NCBI GenBank assembly: GCA_021163205.1
Contig: JAGGXF010000014.1
Location: forward strand, 1 to 62,090
DNA length: 62,090 nucleotides
Reading direction: 5' to 3'
Source: Candidatus Aenigmatarchaeota archaeon
GTDB taxonomy: Archaea; Aenigmatarchaeota; Aenigmatarchaeia; GW2011-AR5; JAGGXF01
The notes under the pieces are model-generated. The model was not told where the DNA came from. It saw only the letters and a list, made by a program, of their open reading frames with translations, and made no database searches. The position numbers were made by a program, and so were the translations under genes. Below, in pieces: positions 60,812-62,090 of this stretch. Numbering within the stretch: the first letter of the stretch is position 1; each line of letters opens with the position of its first letter.

Positions 60812-61801
60812 ATGAAAAAATCTGAACTACCTTTTGTTTCTGTTGTAATTCCAGTGAGAAATGAAGAAAAACATATTCGAGAAAGCTTAATGAGTATAAT
60901 AAATCAAAACTACCCAAAAGATAGGTATGAAATCGTAATAGCAGACGGTATGTCTGAAGATAAAACTATTGATATTATAAAAGAAATTAGAAATAAGTAT
61001 AAAAGACCGAAAATAAAAATTTATGAAAATAAAAAAATAACAACCGCCGCCGGATTTAATTTGTGTGTTAAAAAATCCTGCTCAGAATATATAATTAGAT
61101 TTATGGGTCATGCTATTGCTAAAAAAAACTTATTAAAAGAAACGATAAAAAAACTCATAAAAGAGCCTGAAAGCACCATAATGGTTTCTTGTGTTAACCG
61201 TGTAGCAAATAAAAAAGGGTTAGGAAGATTGTTTGGGCTTGCTATGGGAAGTTTTCTAGGAGGATTATCGAGTTGTTATCGGACTAAAAAAATATATATT
61301 TATGACTACTCGGGTGGTTTTGGAGCTATAAGAAAGCGCCTACTTAAAAAAATTGGTTTAATAGATGAAAAAATTAAATGCGGTGATGATGCTTACTTCA
61401 ATCTGAAATCAAAAATGAAAAACTATAATATTTTAATCTCTCCTAATACAGAAGTTAAAATTTTCAAGAGGAATTCAGTCAGAAAATTCATAAAACAAAT
61501 ATTTGAATTTGGAGAAGCTAGAATGAAACTGATCAAAAAATTCCCAAAATCATTTAAAATACTTTATTTATTACCACCAATCTTCTCTCTTTATGTATCT
61601 AGTATGCCACTAGCATTTATATATAAACTAAATTGGTATCTATGGCCATTCTTTCTCTATATGATATTAGACTTAATTTCATCAATAGAAGTTTCAGAAG
61701 AAGTCACAGACATTGTCCCTGTGATGTTTTTCACTTTTTTACTACACATTTCGTATGGAGCCGGAATGATATATGGATTTTTTAAAAAACCAGAGTTTTA
61801 G
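60812..61801 (+). CDS. Glycosyltransferase family 2
   Basis: VSVVIPVRNEE, ADGMSED, GDD motifs and C-terminal TM helices. Confidence 0.9.
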   Translation: MKKSELPFVSVVIPVRNEEKHIRESLMSIINQNYPKDRYEIVIADGMSEDKTIDIIKEIRNKYKRPKIKIYENKKITTAAGFNLCVKKSCSEYIIRFMGHAIAKKNLLKETIKKLIKEPESTIMVSCVNRVANKKGLGRLFGLAMGSFLGGLSSCYRTKKIYIYDYSGGFGAIRKRLLKKIGLIDEKIKCGDDAYFNLKSKMKNYNILISPNTEVKIFKRNSVRKFIKQIFEFGEARMKLIKKFPKSFKILYLLPPIFSLYVSSMPLAFIYKLNWYLWPFFLYMILDLISSIEVSEEVTDIVPVMFFTFLLHISYGAGMIYGFFKKPEF

Positions 61802-62088
61802 TAAAAAAAGAATAGACCTAAAATTGATCTGATTTCCTTTTCATCAATGAATGTTCAGTCCCAATGTCGTATAATCTTAGTTTCCCATTTCGGATCTATT
61901 TGTAGTAAAGGTTCATTCAAAGCTTGCTTGACAGCTAAGTATGGTAAATTAATACCAGCAGCAAAACATAAAATTATTCTGACTTCAAACCCCGGACTTA
62001 TTTCTATTATTTTAGGTATTCCTATTTCATCTTCTTTGAGTTGTACACCAATTTTATATCTTAATCCAATAACATTAACAATAGAGTA
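61798..62088 (-). pseudogene. C-terminal part of an ATP-grasp protein, apparently decayed (truncated by window end)
   Basis: Minus frame reads ..IGVQLKEDEIGIPKIIEISPGF...AAGINLPYLAVKQAL...PKWETKIIRHWD*TFIDEK. EISPG replaces the usual EINPR, and there is an in-frame TGA at 61855-61857. Confidence 0.5.
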
Positions 62089-62090
62089 AC

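Noticed and set aside
61847..62089. 80-aa plus-strand ORF in the track
   Set aside because: The opposite strand encodes a recognisable ATP-grasp C-terminus.
1..62090. tRNA, rRNA, cas or integrase genes
   Set aside because: None recognised. Intergenic gaps are short and lack tRNA motifs, and no ORF shows tyrosine-recombinase R-H-R-Y motifs.

Overview
Archaeal chromosomal window: archaeal-type MAT, RadB, CDC48, TyrRS, split GuaA, GGTG(A) ribosome-binding motifs and TTTAAATA boxes. Assignment to a DPANN-like lineage is only an impression. Four parts. (1) 1-~1690 is the distal end of an integron-like gene-cassette array. Three co-oriented membrane/surface-protein genes are separated by structured attC-like sites. 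The two complete cassettes are each bracketed by their own inverted repeat and carry their own TATA promoter. No integrase is visible; it would lie to the left of the window. (2) 1.8-12.9 kb is housekeeping: mat, HTH-CBS regulator, metallophosphoesterase-Lhr, map, a degenerate GATase, cdc48 with a perfect operator-like palindrome, and radB. (3) 12.9-45.1 kb is a ~32 kb nucleotide-biosynthesis supercluster: purine genes with folate-dependent PurN and split PurH, one-carbon/folate genes, reverse RuMP pentose genes and pyrimidine genes, with argF where carAB might be expected. (4) 45-62 kb is housekeeping plus a 1304-aa secreted peptidase-C25-like protein with rearranged domains, a GT2 and a decayed ATP-grasp gene. 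All product calls come from motif recognition by eye; no database searches were run.
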